Below are positions 37,987-49,612 of a stretch of DNA of 64,000 bases, piece after piece. The notes under the pieces are model-generated. The model saw nothing but the letters and a program-made list of their open reading frames with translations. It searched no databases and had not been told where the DNA came from. The number at the start of each line of letters is the position of its first letter. Position 1 is the first letter of the stretch. This DNA is from Fidelibacterota bacterium (GTDB lineage Bacteria > Fidelibacterota > Marinisomatia > Marinisomatales > Marinisomataceae), in NCBI GenBank assembly GCA_018672235.1, contig JABHGE010000003.1, positions 3,699 through 67,698 on the forward strand, in the 5' to 3' direction. The position numbers and the translations under genes were made by a program.

Positions 37987-40900
37987 TTATTTAAAATATT
38001 CTTGCAACGGCTTGACATTCACTTTATCTAAATTTGACATGGCTACTATAGCAGCCTTTGCTCCTGAAAGAGTTGTGATAGTAAGAATATTTTTCATCAC
38101 TGAATTTTTTCCAATGGCTTCTTCATCATATCGTGACTGAGCACCTATTGGGGTATTAATAACCAACTGAATATTATCATTTAAAATCTCATCTACTACA
38201 TTTGGACGACCTTCTCCTACTTTAAAAATAGAAGTACACTCTATATCATTTTTCTTGAAGAACTCTGCAGTGCCTTTTGTGGCAATGATATTAAAATTAA
38301 GTTTTACAAGACCTTTAATGATTGGCAGAGATCTTTTTTTATCTATATCAGCAATAGAAACAAATGCTGTACCTTCTTTAGGGACAGTATAGCCATCTGA
38401 CTGCATTGCTTTTAAAAATGCTGCACCTGAATTATTATCTATCCCCATTACTTCGCCAGTAGATTTCATTTCTGGCCCTAGAAATATTTTCTCATTTTTA
38501 AATTTTTTAAACGGCAATACTGCTTTCTTAACAGCGATGTGCTCAAAGATACTTTCTTTTAAATTGAAATCTTTTATTTTTTTTCCTACTGATAGTTGGG
38601 CGGCAATATTTGCTAATGCGACATTACTATATTTACTTACAAAAGGGACGGTTCTACTTGACCTTGGATTTACCTCCAACACATAAACATTTTTACCCTT
38701 TACCGCAAATTGTAAATTAATTAGCCCTATAACATTTAACTCTAATGCTAATTTTGTGGTCATATTAATAATATCTTTTTTGACTTTAGCGCTCATATCA
38801 TAAGGTGGTAATACACATGACGAGTCTCCAGAGTGAACTCCAGCTTCTTCGATATGTTGCATAATTCCTGCAATGAACACTTCTTCTCCGTCACATAAAG
38901 CATCTACATCAAATTCAAATGCATTCTCAATAAATTGATCAATAAGTATTGGATGATCGCTCGTTGCTTCAGCAGAGCGGAATACATAATCTACAAGTTG
39001 TTCTTTGTTATATACAATTTGCATTGCTCTTCCACCTAAAACATAACTTGGTCTCACGAGGACTGGGAATTGGGCAATTTGAGAAAAGTTCATCATTTCA
39101 TCATAATTTTTTGCAATACAATATTCTGGTATTTGAATTTTCAATTTCTTAACAATCTTAGCAAATTCTTCTCTATTTTCTGCTAAATCAATACTCGCTG
39201 CTGATGTCCCAAATATTTTTACACCTTCTTTTGTTAATTGTTCTGCAATTTTTAAAGGTGTTTGTCCGCCAAATTGCACAAACACCCCATCAGGTTTTTC
39301 AAATTCAATAATATTCATAACATCTTCGAATGTAATTGGCTCAAAATAAAGTCTGTCAGCTAAATCAAAATCTGTAGAAACAGTTTCTGGATTGCAATTT
39401 ACCATAATCGATTTAAACCCAGCTTCTCTAAGTCCATATACAGCCTGTACACAACAATAATCAAATTCAATTCCTTGGCCTATTCGATTTGGCCCACCAC
39501 CTAAAATCATTACTTTTTGACCGTCAAGAGGTTTAATATCATGAGTAGATTCATAGGTAGAATATGAATATGGCGTTTCTGCAGTAAATTCTCCAGCACA
39601 AGTATCTACTACCTTATAAACAGGTTTTAAATTTTTTTCATTTCTAATTTTTCTAATTTCAGGAGCAGTATGATTGGTTAATGCTGCTATCTGTATATCT
39701 GAAAATCCATTTTTTTTAAGTAGCTCTAAATCATCTAATGAGTTATGATGATTTTCTAGATATACAATCTCTGCAATCTCATGTAAAAACCAAGGATCAA
39801 TTCCTGTATTACTATGAATTTCTTCAATAGTAAACTCTTGTTTAATGGCTTCTTTTACTTTTAAAATTCTAAAAGCGCTCCCATCATTTAAAGAGGAGAT
39901 ATCTAATGAGCGATATCGTTTAATCTCTGGGTCTTCATTCCTTGGATCTTTAGTGGCAAGTCCTGGTAAATTTAATTCTAAAGATCGAAATGCTTTTTGG
40001 AATGATTCTCTAAATGTTCTACCAATAGACATTGCTTCACCGACAGATTGCATTTGTACCCCCAACTTACCAGAAGCAGAGGGAAATTTTTCAAAATCAA
40101 ATCTTGGTAATTTTGTTACGATATAATCAATAGTAGGCTCAAAAGCTGCTAAGGTTTTATTGGTAATATCATTTTTTAGTTCATCTAAAGAATATCCAAC
40201 TGCTAATTTTGCCGCTATTTTTGCAATAGGGAATCCTGTTGCTTTTGACGCCAGGGCAGATGATCGACTTACTCTAGGATTCATTTCAATAATCACCATT
40301 CTACCATCTTTTGGATTTACTGCAAACTGGACATTAGACCCTCCTGTGTCGACTCCAATCTTTCTAATACATTTAATTGCTGCATTTCTCATGTTTTGAA
40401 ATTCTTTATCAGTTAAAGTCATAGCGGGAGCAACTGTAATTGAGTCTCCCGTGTGAATTCCCATGGGATCTATATTTTCAATAGAACAGATAATAATAAC
40501 ATTATCATTGGGGTCACGTATTAGCTCTAGCTCATATTCTTTCCAGCCCAATAAATATTCCTCTACTAGAACTTGTCCTGTAGGACTTTCTTTGAGACCC
40601 TGCTCTGTAGATTCTTCAAATTCTTGCTCATTATATGCTACAGATCCACCTGACCCACCTAAGGTAAAAGAAGGTCTAATAATTGCGGGTAACGCAATCT
40701 TTTCTAATAATTTTTTACCTTCTTCTACAGATTGAATAGTATGTCCATATGGTAAATCTAAACCAATCTCTAGCATCGCCTCTTTAAATTTTTCTCTACT
40801 TTCAGCTGTTTCAATTGCTTTTTTATTAGCTCCAATTAACTCTACATCATATTTAGCCAATATTCCCCTATCATCTAAATCCATTGCGACGTTTAAGGCG

Positions 40901-41181
40901 GTTTGTCCTCCAACGGTAGGTAGTATAGCATCAGGTTTTTCTTTCTGAATAATTGCTTCAACATATTCTACTGTAATGGGCTCAATATATGTTCTATCTG
41001 AGAATTGAGGATCTGTCATAATAGTGGCTGGGTTGGAATTAATTAATACAACTTTATAGCCTTCTTCTCTTAATGCTTTAATAGCTTGCGTACCTGAATA
41101 ATCAAATTCACACCCTTGCCCAATAACAATTGGGCCTGCACCAATTACTAAAATAGTTTTAATGTCTGTTCTTTTAGGCAT
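37987..41181 (-). CDS. carB: carbamoyl-phosphate synthase large subunit
   Basis: 1064 aa with duplicated ATP-grasp halves ([21 protein letters not shown] and [20 protein letters not shown]). A C-terminal MGS-like domain is present. Confidence 0.95.
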   Translation of the reverse strand: MPKRTDIKTILVIGAGPIVIGQGCEFDYSGTQAIKALREEGYKVVLINSNPATIMTDPQFSDRTYIEPITVEYVEAIIQKEKPDAILPTVGGQTALNVAMDLDDRGILAKYDVELIGANKKAIETAESREKFKEAMLEIGLDLPYGHTIQSVEEGKKLLEKIALPAIIRPSFTLGGSGGSVAYNEQEFEESTEQGLKESPTGQVLVEEYLLGWKEYELELIRDPNDNVIIICSIENIDPMGIHTGDSITVAPAMTLTDKEFQNMRNAAIKCIRKIGVDTGGSNVQFAVNPKDGRMVIIEMNPRVSRSSALASKATGFPIAKIAAKLAVGYSLDELKNDITNKTLAAFEPTIDYIVTKLPRFDFEKFPSASGKLGVQMQSVGEAMSIGRTFRESFQKAFRSLELNLPGLATKDPRNEDPEIKRYRSLDISSLNDGSAFRILKVKEAIKQEFTIEEIHSNTGIDPWFLHEIAEIVYLENHHNSLDDLELLKKNGFSDIQIAALTNHTAPEIRKIRNEKNLKPVYKVVDTCAGEFTAETPYSYSTYESTHDIKPLDGQKVMILGGGPNRIGQGIEFDYCCVQAVYGLREAGFKSIMVNCNPETVSTDFDLADRLYFEPITFEDVMNIIEFEKPDGVFVQFGGQTPLKIAEQLTKEGVKIFGTSAASIDLAENREEFAKIVKKLKIQIPEYCIAKNYDEMMNFSQIAQFPVLVRPSYVLGGRAMQIVYNKEQLVDYVFRSAEATSDHPILIDQFIENAFEFDVDALCDGEEVFIAGIMQHIEEAGVHSGDSSCVLPPYDMSAKVKKDIINMTTKLALELNVIGLINLQFAVKGKNVYVLEVNPRSSRTVPFVSKYSNVALANIAAQLSVGKKIKDFNLKESIFEHIAVKKAVLPFKKFKNEKIFLGPEMKSTGEVMGIDNNSGAAFLKAMQSDGYTVPKEGTAFVSIADIDKKRSLPIIKGLVKLNFNIIATKGTAEFFKKNDIECTSIFKVGEGRPNVVDEILNDNIQLVINTPIGAQSRYDEEAIGKNSVMKNILTITTLSGAKAAIVAMSNLDKVNVKPLQEYFK

Positions 41182-42268
41182 TTGAATCCATCATTTTAAA
41201 AAAATTATCAAACACATATCTTGAGTCGTGTGGACCGGGACTTGCTTCTGGATGATATTGAACAGAGTAAGCTTGCATCTCTTCGCATGCAATACCCGCA
41301 ACTGTATTATCGTTAAGATGCGTATGAGTTATTGTAATATTAGAAGCTAATGAATCTTCGCTGACTGCAAAACCATGATTCTGTGATGTGATTTCAATCT
41401 TATTGGTATTTAAATTTTTTACAGGCTGATTAATACCTCTATGTCCAAATTTCATTTTAAATGTTTGTGCTTCCAAAGCTAGTGCTAGAATTTGATGTCC
41501 AAGACAAATACCAAATATTGGTTTTATACCTAGCAATTGTTTTACTGTTTCAATTCCATATGATACAGCAGCAGGGTCTCCTGGGCCATTTGATAGAAAT
41601 ACTCCATCAGGATTATAGTCCAATACTTCTTGAGCGCTAACAGATGCTGGAAAAATTACTACTTCAGAATTTTTGTCGAGTAATATATCATAAATATTAC
41701 TTTTCATTCCATAGTCAATAGCTGCAATTTTATACTTTGGATTTTTTACATTAGATAAAATAGTTTTTTCTTTTCTAGAGACTTCTTTTGCTAGGTCTAA
41801 ACCTTCCATTGAAGGTATTTTTTTTATTTTTTTAGCTAAGCTATCAATATCAAAATCTTTAGTGGAAATAATGCCTTTCATCGATCCATTACTTCTAATA
41901 TGAATAGTAAGTGCTCGAGTATCAATATCTTGTATCCCCACTACTTTATTTGATTTTAAAAATTTATCTAAAGATTCGCTAGATCTCCAATTGGAAGGTG
42001 ACAATGATTCGCTTTTGATAATCAAGCCTGTAGCATACACATTTGGAGATTCTATATCAGAGCTATTGGTACCATAGTTACCAATATGTGGACTACACAT
42101 AACAATCATTTGTTTTGCGTAAGACGGGTCTGTTAAAATTTCTTGGTACCCTGTCATTCCAGTATTAAAACATACTTCACCGGAAGTTTCCCCTAATGCA
42201 CCAAGATTTTTTCCTTTAAAAAAAAGACCATCCTCTAAATACAGGATAGCCTTTTGCTGTTTTCGCAT
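41174..42268 (-). CDS. carA: carbamoyl-phosphate synthase small (glutaminase) subunit
   Basis: 364 aa with the class I GATase triad context GICLGHQ and the ...HPE motif. It overlaps carB by 8 nt. Confidence 0.93.
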   Translation of the reverse strand: MRKQQKAILYLEDGLFFKGKNLGALGETSGEVCFNTGMTGYQEILTDPSYAKQMIVMCSPHIGNYGTNSSDIESPNVYATGLIIKSESLSPSNWRSSESLDKFLKSNKVVGIQDIDTRALTIHIRSNGSMKGIISTKDFDIDSLAKKIKKIPSMEGLDLAKEVSRKEKTILSNVKNPKYKIAAIDYGMKSNIYDILLDKNSEVVIFPASVSAQEVLDYNPDGVFLSNGPGDPAAVSYGIETVKQLLGIKPIFGICLGHQILALALEAQTFKMKFGHRGINQPVKNLNTNKIEITSQNHGFAVSEDSLASNITITHTHLNDNTVAGIACEEMQAYSVQYHPEASPGPHDSRYVFDNFFKMMDSNA

Positions 42269-42297
42269 GAGTAGATTTTACCTCATATCTATCAAAA

Positions 42298-43062
42298 TTA
42301 AAACCTTATTTTTTTACCTGTTGCCATTGTTTTTACTGCTGCGACAGTTGAAACAGTTGCAAAAATAATTAAAAAAATAAAAGAAGATTTAAATGAAGCA
42401 TCAGAAACTCCTAGAGTTGTATACCTTAAAGTGCTAATAGCGTAAAAAATTGGATTTACTAAACTGATATTCATTGCCCACACTGGTAGCATCTTTATAG
42501 AATAGAAAATTCCACCCAAGAAGCTAAATGGAGTAATTATAAAGTTTTGAATTAATGCTAGCTGATCCCATGAATCAGAAAGTTGCCCAATTAATAATCC
42601 TAAGCTTGCAAAAGACCATGATACTAAAAAAATTGCCACTAAAGTTAAAAATAAATCGTTAATTGGCATGCCAGCCAGCCAACAAATTAGTAAAATTAAT
42701 GTACCGTTAACAAAACCTCTGACGGCACCTCCAATAATGAACGACAAAGATAGTTCTAGGCTAGATAGCGGAGTAATTAATAGTTCTGGAAGTGTTTGAA
42801 GTAACTTCATTTGTAACATAGAAGACGCTGCGTTTGCTGTAGCATTAGTAATAACATTCATCATCAATAACCCTGGTAAAATATATATTTTATATGACAC
42901 CCCGCCGATTTCAGATATTCTATTTTCAAGCGCTACACCAAAAACAAATATGTATAACAATGTTGTTACTACTCCCGGAATAAGAGTTTGCTTCCATACA
43001 GAAAAGAACCGCATTACTTCTTTTGATGATAAAGTATAAAAACCTACCCAATTACTAATCAT
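42298..43062 (-). CDS. ABC-2 type transporter permease
   Basis: 254 aa with 6 TM helices and an ABC-2 exporter-like pattern. It overlaps the upstream ATPase gene by 8 nt. Confidence 0.75.
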   Translation of the reverse strand: MISNWVGFYTLSSKEVMRFFSVWKQTLIPGVVTTLLYIFVFGVALENRISEIGGVSYKIYILPGLLMMNVITNATANAASSMLQMKLLQTLPELLITPLSSLELSLSFIIGGAVRGFVNGTLILLICWLAGMPINDLFLTLVAIFLVSWSFASLGLLIGQLSDSWDQLALIQNFIITPFSFLGGIFYSIKMLPVWAMNISLVNPIFYAISTLRYTTLGVSDASFKSSFIFLIIFATVSTVAAVKTMATGKKIRF

Positions 43063-43981
43063 TGATTTTTCTCCCAGTCAGCTCTAAAAAGACGTCCTCT
43101 AATGATGCTTGTGATAATTGTATATCTTCTATTTTGATATTATTTTCTGACAACTTGAGAATAATTTCTGGTAAGTCTGAATTTGGTGTTTTTGTTAATA
43201 TTTCTATTTTGCTTTGATCAATAGATGGATTAAAATTATTTAATATTTTGTCCAAGTTTAAAAAAATTCCTTTGGTATGAATTGTAATTCCAGACTTGTT
43301 AACCATATTTTTTAAATTTTTAACTGTATCTTCTACAATTAATTTTCCGCTATCTATAATTCCCACTCTTTCGCATAATAATTCTGCTTCATCAATATAA
43401 TGAGTTGTTAATAAGATAGTTTTTCCTTCTGCGTGCAACTCTTTTAAGTATTCCCACAAATCATGTCTAAGCTCTACATCTACTCCGGCAGTAGGCTCAT
43501 CTAAAATTAAAATTTGTGGATCATGTACTAGTGCTTTAGCAATTTGTAATCGTCTTTTCATCCCACCAGAAAGCATGCGCATTTTTTTCTTTCTATGCTC
43601 ATAAAGACCTAATTTTTCTAAAATATATTCGATTCTTTTTTTTGAATTTTTTCTAGTAATACCATAAAAACCAGCTTGATAATAAAGGAGTTCTTCTAGG
43701 GGAAAGAACCAATCATTACTTAGTTCTTGTGACGCAATGCCAACTTGAGATCTAGCATACCTAAAGTCTGATACAATATCTTTTCCTAAAATCTTTACTT
43801 CTCCAGAAGTAGGTTTAACTAGACTTGTAATAGCATTAATGGTCGTAGATTTTCCTGCTCCGTTAGGCCCAAGTAAACCATAAAATTCTCCCTTCTTAAT
43901 AGATAAATCAATGCCTTTTACAGCATGTACATTATCATATTTTTTATGAAGATTTTTTATTTCAATGCCAAGACTTTTCAA
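43055..43981 (-). CDS. ABC transporter ATP-binding protein (ABC-2/DrrA-like exporter ATPase)
   Basis: It has Walker A GPNGAGKST, signature LSGGMKRR, Walker B ILILDEP and an H-loop TTH. A C-terminal accessory domain of about 90 aa follows. Confidence 0.88.
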   Translation of the reverse strand: MKSLGIEIKNLHKKYDNVHAVKGIDLSIKKGEFYGLLGPNGAGKSTTINAITSLVKPTSGEVKILGKDIVSDFRYARSQVGIASQELSNDWFFPLEELLYYQAGFYGITRKNSKKRIEYILEKLGLYEHRKKKMRMLSGGMKRRLQIAKALVHDPQILILDEPTAGVDVELRHDLWEYLKELHAEGKTILLTTHYIDEAELLCERVGIIDSGKLIVEDTVKNLKNMVNKSGITIHTKGIFLNLDKILNNFNPSIDQSKIEILTKTPNSDLPEIILKLSENNIKIEDIQLSQASLEDVFLELTGRKIND

Positions 43982-45142
43982 CTATTTTCCCCTTTGGATT
44001 TTATATATAGCTCCTAAATAGTCCACTATATAGAGCTCATTATAAATATCTTCTCCAAAAGATGCAATCATATGCTTGCCAGAAGATAAAATAGATTCTG
44101 TAATTTCAATAATTTCATTATTTCTTTGATTAAAAGCCCAAATTTTTCCACTACAAAAATCAGAAAATATATATAGCCCATAGATTGCTTTAATTTTTTC
44201 TCCTCTATATATATAGCCCCCCGTAACAGAGCATCCTGTAATATTTTTTTCTTGAAGCCCCATTATACTTTTCCAATAAGCAGCATCACTTGGATACTCT
44301 AGCATAGGGTCTGTATAGATTGTTTTGTTACATTCTGGGTCAGCATAACAATGATTTCCTTCCATAATATTCCAACCAAAATTTATCCCTGCACTATCAA
44401 ATGCTAAGTAATTGATTTCCTCCCAAGAGTCTTGACCTACATCTCCAATAAACATATCTCCGTTAACAGAATCAAATGAGAACCTCCATGGATTTCTTAA
44501 TCCATATGCCCATATTTCTTGCTTTTGATATTCAGACCCATAAAATGGATTATCTTTTGGAATATCATAATTATTATCACTATTAATATCGATGCGCAAT
44601 ATTTTTCCAAAATAATTAGCTGTATTTTGTGCGTGATTAAAAGGGTCTCCAAATTTTCCACCATCTCCAAATGATATATAAAGATAATTATCGATGGGAC
44701 TAAATTCTAAGTGGCCGCCATTGTGATTATTAAATGGTTGCTTAAAATAAAAAAGTTTTTTTTCTGAATTAATATCTGCTTTTAATTTATTATTTGAAAC
44801 TTTGAATCGAGAAACAACAGAATAATTCTCTGTATCTACATAAGACACATAAAAAAACCCATTATTATTGTAGTCAGGATCAAAGGTCATCCCCAATAAT
44901 CCTCTTTCATCTGGCATGGGCTTAATTGTAATATGGTTGCTTAAATCTAAAAAAAGGGAAGTGGAATTTTTTTCTTTAATAAGAATCTCGCCTGTTTGCT
45001 GTACAATATACATGATATTAGTTTTTGGTTCAAAACGTACAAGCAAAGGACGCTTTAAATCTTGTGCAATGATTTGAGAATCAACGGTGATAGTATTTTG
45101 TGAAAGAAGAATAGAAAAAAATAAGATAAAATATTTTAACAT
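43982..45142 (-). CDS. PQQ-dependent sugar (glucose/sorbosone) dehydrogenase-like beta-propeller
   Basis: 386 aa with a signal peptide. It has GLLGMTFDPDY, HNGGHLEFSP, FGDGG and YGLRNPWRFSFD motifs. Confidence 0.75.
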   Translation of the reverse strand: MLKYFILFFSILLSQNTITVDSQIIAQDLKRPLLVRFEPKTNIMYIVQQTGEILIKEKNSTSLFLDLSNHITIKPMPDERGLLGMTFDPDYNNNGFFYVSYVDTENYSVVSRFKVSNNKLKADINSEKKLFYFKQPFNNHNGGHLEFSPIDNYLYISFGDGGKFGDPFNHAQNTANYFGKILRIDINSDNNYDIPKDNPFYGSEYQKQEIWAYGLRNPWRFSFDSVNGDMFIGDVGQDSWEEINYLAFDSAGINFGWNIMEGNHCYADPECNKTIYTDPMLEYPSDAAYWKSIMGLQEKNITGCSVTGGYIYRGEKIKAIYGLYIFSDFCSGKIWAFNQRNNEIIEITESILSSGKHMIASFGEDIYNELYIVDYLGAIYKIQRGK

Positions 45143-45144
45143 AT

Positions 45145-47151
45145 TCAGCTAACAAAGCTTTCTAGTTGATCTTCATTTATAATTTTTATATTCAATGCTC
45201 TAGCTTTTTCTAGCTTTGATCCTGCATTATTTCCTATAATCAAAAAACTTGTTTTAGAAGAGACAGTATTTGTCACTCTACCGCCTTTTTTCTCTAAAAG
45301 CTCTTTGACTTCGGTGCGATTATATTCTTTAAAACTACCAGTAATAACAAATATCATGTCTTTAAATTGACTAGAATTTTTAAATATAGTTTTTTCAATT
45401 GTTACGCCATTAATCAGGCAATTATTTAAAGTTTTTCTATTCGAAGGGCTATTAAAAAATTCTATAATTGATTGAGCTACGACTAGACCAATACCATCAA
45501 TACTTTCTAACTCTTCAATCGAAAGTATAGATAATTTTTCAACAGAAGACTGACAATATTTATCTAGTATTTTGGAAATGTGTTGTCCAACGTTAGATAT
45601 ACCAAGTGCAAATATAAATCTTGGGAACGTAGCGTATTTAGCATTGTTGATAGCATTAATTAAGTTATTTGCAGACTTATCTTGAAATCTATCAAGCATA
45701 ACAAGGTCAGAGTATGATAAAGTAAATAGATCGTCTATCTTTTTAACAAGATTGCTATCTATTAATTGTTCTACAATTTGAATTCCTAACCCATCAATGT
45801 TCATAGCATTTTTTGAACAGAAATGTTCTATTGCTCCCCGTACTTTAGCTTTACAATTGGGATTATCACATCTGTATGCAGCTTCGCCTTGTAAGCGCGT
45901 AATAACAGAATGGCATGAAGGACAATTATAGTTCGATATATCAAACCTTATTGCATTCTTAGGTCTTTTTTCTACTATAATATTAGAAATTTTTGGAATA
46001 ACATCTCCAGCCCTTTGTACTAGTGCATAGTCATTAATGCGGATATCTTTTTTATCAATCTCATCCTGATTGTGTAAAGTAGCACTACTAATTATTGCTC
46101 CAGAGATCTCCACTTCTTTAATCTTTGCTACGGGAGTAATCACTCCTGTACGTCCTACTTGAAGTGTAATATCTAATATCTGTGTTTCTGCGTCTTTTGA
46201 TTTGAATTTTGCAGCAATTGCCCATCTTGGAGATCGAGCCCTTTGTCCTAAATCAGATCTTAATAAATAATCATCGACCTTAATAACAGACCCATCAATT
46301 TCATACCCAATATTCTCTCTCTGACTTTCTAGGGTTTGGTGATAACGAACCATCTTCTCAATATTGTCAATCTTTTCTGCTAAAGGATTAACGGGTAGTC
46401 CTATATATCGTAAATACGATAACATATCCCAATGACTATTAATATCTAGGCCTTTACTTGAGCCAATTTCATAGCAAAATATAGATAATTTTCTTTTTGC
46501 GGTAATATGTGGGTCTAACTGCCTAACGCTTCCTGCAGCTGCATTTCTAGCATTTGCAAATAATTTTTCATCAGACTGCTCTCTTACTTGATTCAACTTC
46601 TTAAAATCAGATTTTAGCATAAAAATTTCACCTCTAATTTCAATAAACTCTGGGTAGTTATCTTTATTCCCCCTTAAAATCATAGGAATAGCATTAATTG
46701 TTTTAATATTGTGCGTAATATCTTCTCCAGAGTAACCATCTCCTCTGGTAAGAGCGCGTACTAAATGTCCGTTTTTATAGACTAGCGAAACTCCTAAACC
46801 GTCAATCTTTGGCTCTGCAACATAAGAGGTTCTGTCTTCGCTTAGCCACTTATTAATTCTTTTATTAAAATCATGAATCTCTTGTTCATTAATAGCATTA
46901 GATAAGGACAGCATTGGGGTTTCGTGATTATGGCTCTGAAAGCCACTTTTTATGGGATGGCCAACTCTTTGAGTTGGAGACGAAATTTCTATTAATTCTG
47001 GATGCTCTTTTTCAAGAGATTCTAATTGCCTAAATAATTGATCATATTCTGCATCACTTAAATGAGGTTCATCTAATACATAATATGCATAGTTGTGTTG
47101 ATTAATTTTATCAGTTAGATAATTTATTTTTTCTTTAGTCTTTGATTCCAT
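45145..47151 (-). CDS. ligA: NAD-dependent DNA ligase
   Basis: 668 aa with the adenylation motif EPKIDGLGVSL. It has a Zn-finger CPSC...C..C, HhH repeats and a C-terminal BRCT. Confidence 0.95.
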   Translation of the reverse strand: MESKTKEKINYLTDKINQHNYAYYVLDEPHLSDAEYDQLFRQLESLEKEHPELIEISSPTQRVGHPIKSGFQSHNHETPMLSLSNAINEQEIHDFNKRINKWLSEDRTSYVAEPKIDGLGVSLVYKNGHLVRALTRGDGYSGEDITHNIKTINAIPMILRGNKDNYPEFIEIRGEIFMLKSDFKKLNQVREQSDEKLFANARNAAAGSVRQLDPHITAKRKLSIFCYEIGSSKGLDINSHWDMLSYLRYIGLPVNPLAEKIDNIEKMVRYHQTLESQRENIGYEIDGSVIKVDDYLLRSDLGQRARSPRWAIAAKFKSKDAETQILDITLQVGRTGVITPVAKIKEVEISGAIISSATLHNQDEIDKKDIRINDYALVQRAGDVIPKISNIIVEKRPKNAIRFDISNYNCPSCHSVITRLQGEAAYRCDNPNCKAKVRGAIEHFCSKNAMNIDGLGIQIVEQLIDSNLVKKIDDLFTLSYSDLVMLDRFQDKSANNLINAINNAKYATFPRFIFALGISNVGQHISKILDKYCQSSVEKLSILSIEELESIDGIGLVVAQSIIEFFNSPSNRKTLNNCLINGVTIEKTIFKNSSQFKDMIFVITGSFKEYNRTEVKELLEKKGGRVTNTVSSKTSFLIIGNNAGSKLEKARALNIKIINEDQLESFVS

Positions 47152-48095
47152 AATATCCCTAAAAATCCAACCATACTTATCGCCAGTATTAGTTGTACTC
47201 TAAATTTATTGATTCTAATCGAATTAGCATACATTTTGAATTCATCTTTTGCAATGTCATCAAAATCAAACGACCACACTAAAACATCGTCTGAAATAGA
47301 ATTTGCGTTATTGCTGCGCACAACCCCAGGTAAATTAATATTGAATTGAAAGTAGTCGTTCATCAATGCCGTATCTCTTTTAAAGTCTTTTTCATATGCA
47401 TCAATCAGTATGGTCATTTCTTTAAAAAAATTATTTGGTAAGGTGCTCGCAATAGGTTTTAAAGCATCTTTCAAAATGATTGAGGAATCTTTATCAAATT
47501 TTTCTATCAATCTTCGATCTATAGCATATTCGAAATATGAATTGATTTGGTTGTTAATTTTTTCTGTAAAAATAGTGTTGAGATTAACCTTATTGTCATA
47601 TTCTTCTAAACTAGTTTTTATAATATACTGTTTGGCTGGAGCAATCCAAGACAAAGAGTCAGCTTCTATATCTAAAAATTGAACAATAGAAGGATACTTG
47701 TCATCAATGGCTAGGCTATTAATGTTGGCAGTAAATCTATATCTCTCCCAAAAAAAATAACCACTCCTATTAACATCAATGTCATAAACTAGGCTTTCGT
47801 TATTAGTAAAACTTATTTTCCCGCTTATAGGCTCAGTAATAATAGTTTCTTTTTCCCAATTCAAACTATCTGGCAAAAAATCATTTTCTATGTTTCGAGT
47901 AATAATTTTACTAGACCATTTGATTCCATTTATATTTTCTGGATGTAAAAAATCGCGGTCTTCTAAGTCTTCTTTATTCCCAATAGAATTATATTTAATA
48001 GAATATTCTCCAGTTGGCAAAACAGCTATATGTATTAAATTTTCAACACATGCTGTTAGTAGCATACATCCTGCTATTAAGAATACTCTTTTCAT
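47124..48095 (-). CDS. hypothetical lipoprotein with C-terminal TM anchor
   Basis: 323 aa with lipobox LLTAC. The soluble domain is N/D/I-rich, and a hydrophobic helix sits near the C-terminus (LILAISMVGFLGILW). I recognise no family. It overlaps the ligA start by 28 nt. Confidence 0.45.
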   Translation of the reverse strand: MKRVFLIAGCMLLTACVENLIHIAVLPTGEYSIKYNSIGNKEDLEDRDFLHPENINGIKWSSKIITRNIENDFLPDSLNWEKETIITEPISGKISFTNNESLVYDIDVNRSGYFFWERYRFTANINSLAIDDKYPSIVQFLDIEADSLSWIAPAKQYIIKTSLEEYDNKVNLNTIFTEKINNQINSYFEYAIDRRLIEKFDKDSSIILKDALKPIASTLPNNFFKEMTILIDAYEKDFKRDTALMNDYFQFNINLPGVVRSNNANSISDDVLVWSFDFDDIAKDEFKMYANSIRINKFRVQLILAISMVGFLGILWNQRLKKK

Positions 48096-48098
48096 GTT

Positions 48099-49187
48099 TT
48101 ATGAAATTACTGTGAAATCTTTAGATGTTTTATTCAAGACGATACAACCATCCTCTGTAACAATAATATCATCTTCAATACGTACGCCGCCTATATCTTC
48201 AATATATATTCCAGGCTCTACTGTCATAACATAGTTCGATTTCAAATAGTCTGTACTGACTTTGCTAAATCGAGGATCTTCATGTATTTCTAAGCCTAGT
48301 GAATGTCCTAATCCATGATCAAAATACTTTCCATATCCAGCGCCACTAATATGTTCTCTTGCAAGCGTATCAACTTCTTTGCATGAAACTCCTGCTTTAA
48401 TTCCTTGAATACTTTTTAACTGCGCTTCTAATACAATATGATAAATTTCTTTTTGTTTTTCTGAGTAGCCTTTTGTAGCAACTGTGCGGGTCATATCTGC
48501 ATGATATCCTGCATATTTTGCTCCAGAATCAATCACCACCAACTCTCCTGGACCAATTTTTTTATTCGTTGGTCTTTGATGGGGCATGGCTGAATGGGGT
48601 CCACTTCCAACAATAGGTGAAAATGCATCTGCATCGGAATCTCCATACTTGCGATAAAGGAAAGATAGTTGATTCCCAATTTCTTGTTCTTCTACACCAA
48701 TTTTTATCATTGGGAATACCTCAGCAAAAGCTTTATCAGTAATTTCTACCGCTGTTTTAATTGCTTCAATTTCTTTAGGATCTTTTTCCATTGCTAATCT
48801 TTCTATGCAGCCCACAATATTTTTCCATTTTACGTGTGATAATGTATCGCTAATCTCTGAAAACATTTGGTGAGAAACATTCTTACCATCAAAGGCAATG
48901 GTAACATCTTTTGATAAGAAGTTTTTATTCTTGATTACCTGTAAGTGAGGAATACTGTCGATAGTAATATTAGCACCTCTCACTTCATTTTTAGATTGAA
49001 CAACATATCTACCATCTGTAACAAACTCGCAGCTATCAGGGCCCATCAGCAAAGAGCCGCTAGATCCAGTAAATCCACAAAGATATCTTATGTGAATAAG
49101 ATTAGTGATTAACATGCCATCTACTTGTTGCTCTCCTAAAGCTGTACGTAATTTTTCTTGTCTTCTTGTAAAATATTCTGTGCTCAT
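48099..49187 (-). CDS. pepP: M24-family Xaa-Pro aminopeptidase/dipeptidase
   Basis: 362 aa. Metal-ligand strings are VIDSGA..GYHADMTRT, HGLGHSLGLEIHE and MTVEPGIY...GGVRIED. Confidence 0.85.
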   Translation of the reverse strand: MSTEYFTRRQEKLRTALGEQQVDGMLITNLIHIRYLCGFTGSSGSLLMGPDSCEFVTDGRYVVQSKNEVRGANITIDSIPHLQVIKNKNFLSKDVTIAFDGKNVSHQMFSEISDTLSHVKWKNIVGCIERLAMEKDPKEIEAIKTAVEITDKAFAEVFPMIKIGVEEQEIGNQLSFLYRKYGDSDADAFSPIVGSGPHSAMPHQRPTNKKIGPGELVVIDSGAKYAGYHADMTRTVATKGYSEKQKEIYHIVLEAQLKSIQGIKAGVSCKEVDTLAREHISGAGYGKYFDHGLGHSLGLEIHEDPRFSKVSTDYLKSNYVMTVEPGIYIEDIGGVRIEDDIIVTEDGCIVLNKTSKDFTVIS

Positions 49188-49612
49188 TTTTGATCCTTTT
49201 TTGTATTAAGAGTCTGTAATAATTTTTCAGCTTCTACGATTTGTTTTTTTATTTTTGAATGTTTAATAATTGCATCCAAACTTTTTTTGGCTTGTGATTT
49301 TTTACCTTGCTGTAACATTAGTTTGATATAAGAAATAGTAACAATACTGGTATCTTTTATAATTTTTTTAGGTTTAGGTGTCGGCCTGTAATCAAGGGAT
49401 ATATTTGGATTTAATCTTTTAAGCTCCGTTACAATACTTTTTAATAATGGCGAATTTGACTTATTAAGAATTTCAAATAATAGAAGATAAGAAGCATAGT
49501 GGTTCACATCATGTTCAACTACGGATATAAGATATTTTTTTGCTTCTAAAAAATTTTTATTATTAAAAGCTTTTTCGCCCTTAGAATAGGTCCTATGAAT
49601 GCTAGAGATCAT
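49184..49612 (-). CDS. hypothetical basic helical protein
   Basis: The start was set at MISSIHRTY (an ATGA overlap with the upstream stop). The ORF track start is 49633. It is K-rich and helical with a TPR-like N-half. I recognise no family. Confidence 0.4.
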   Translation of the reverse strand: MISSIHRTYSKGEKAFNNKNFLEAKKYLISVVEHDVNHYASYLLLFEILNKSNSPLLKSIVTELKRLNPNISLDYRPTPKPKKIIKDTSIVTISYIKLMLQQGKKSQAKKSLDAIIKHSKIKKQIVEAEKLLQTLNTKKDQK

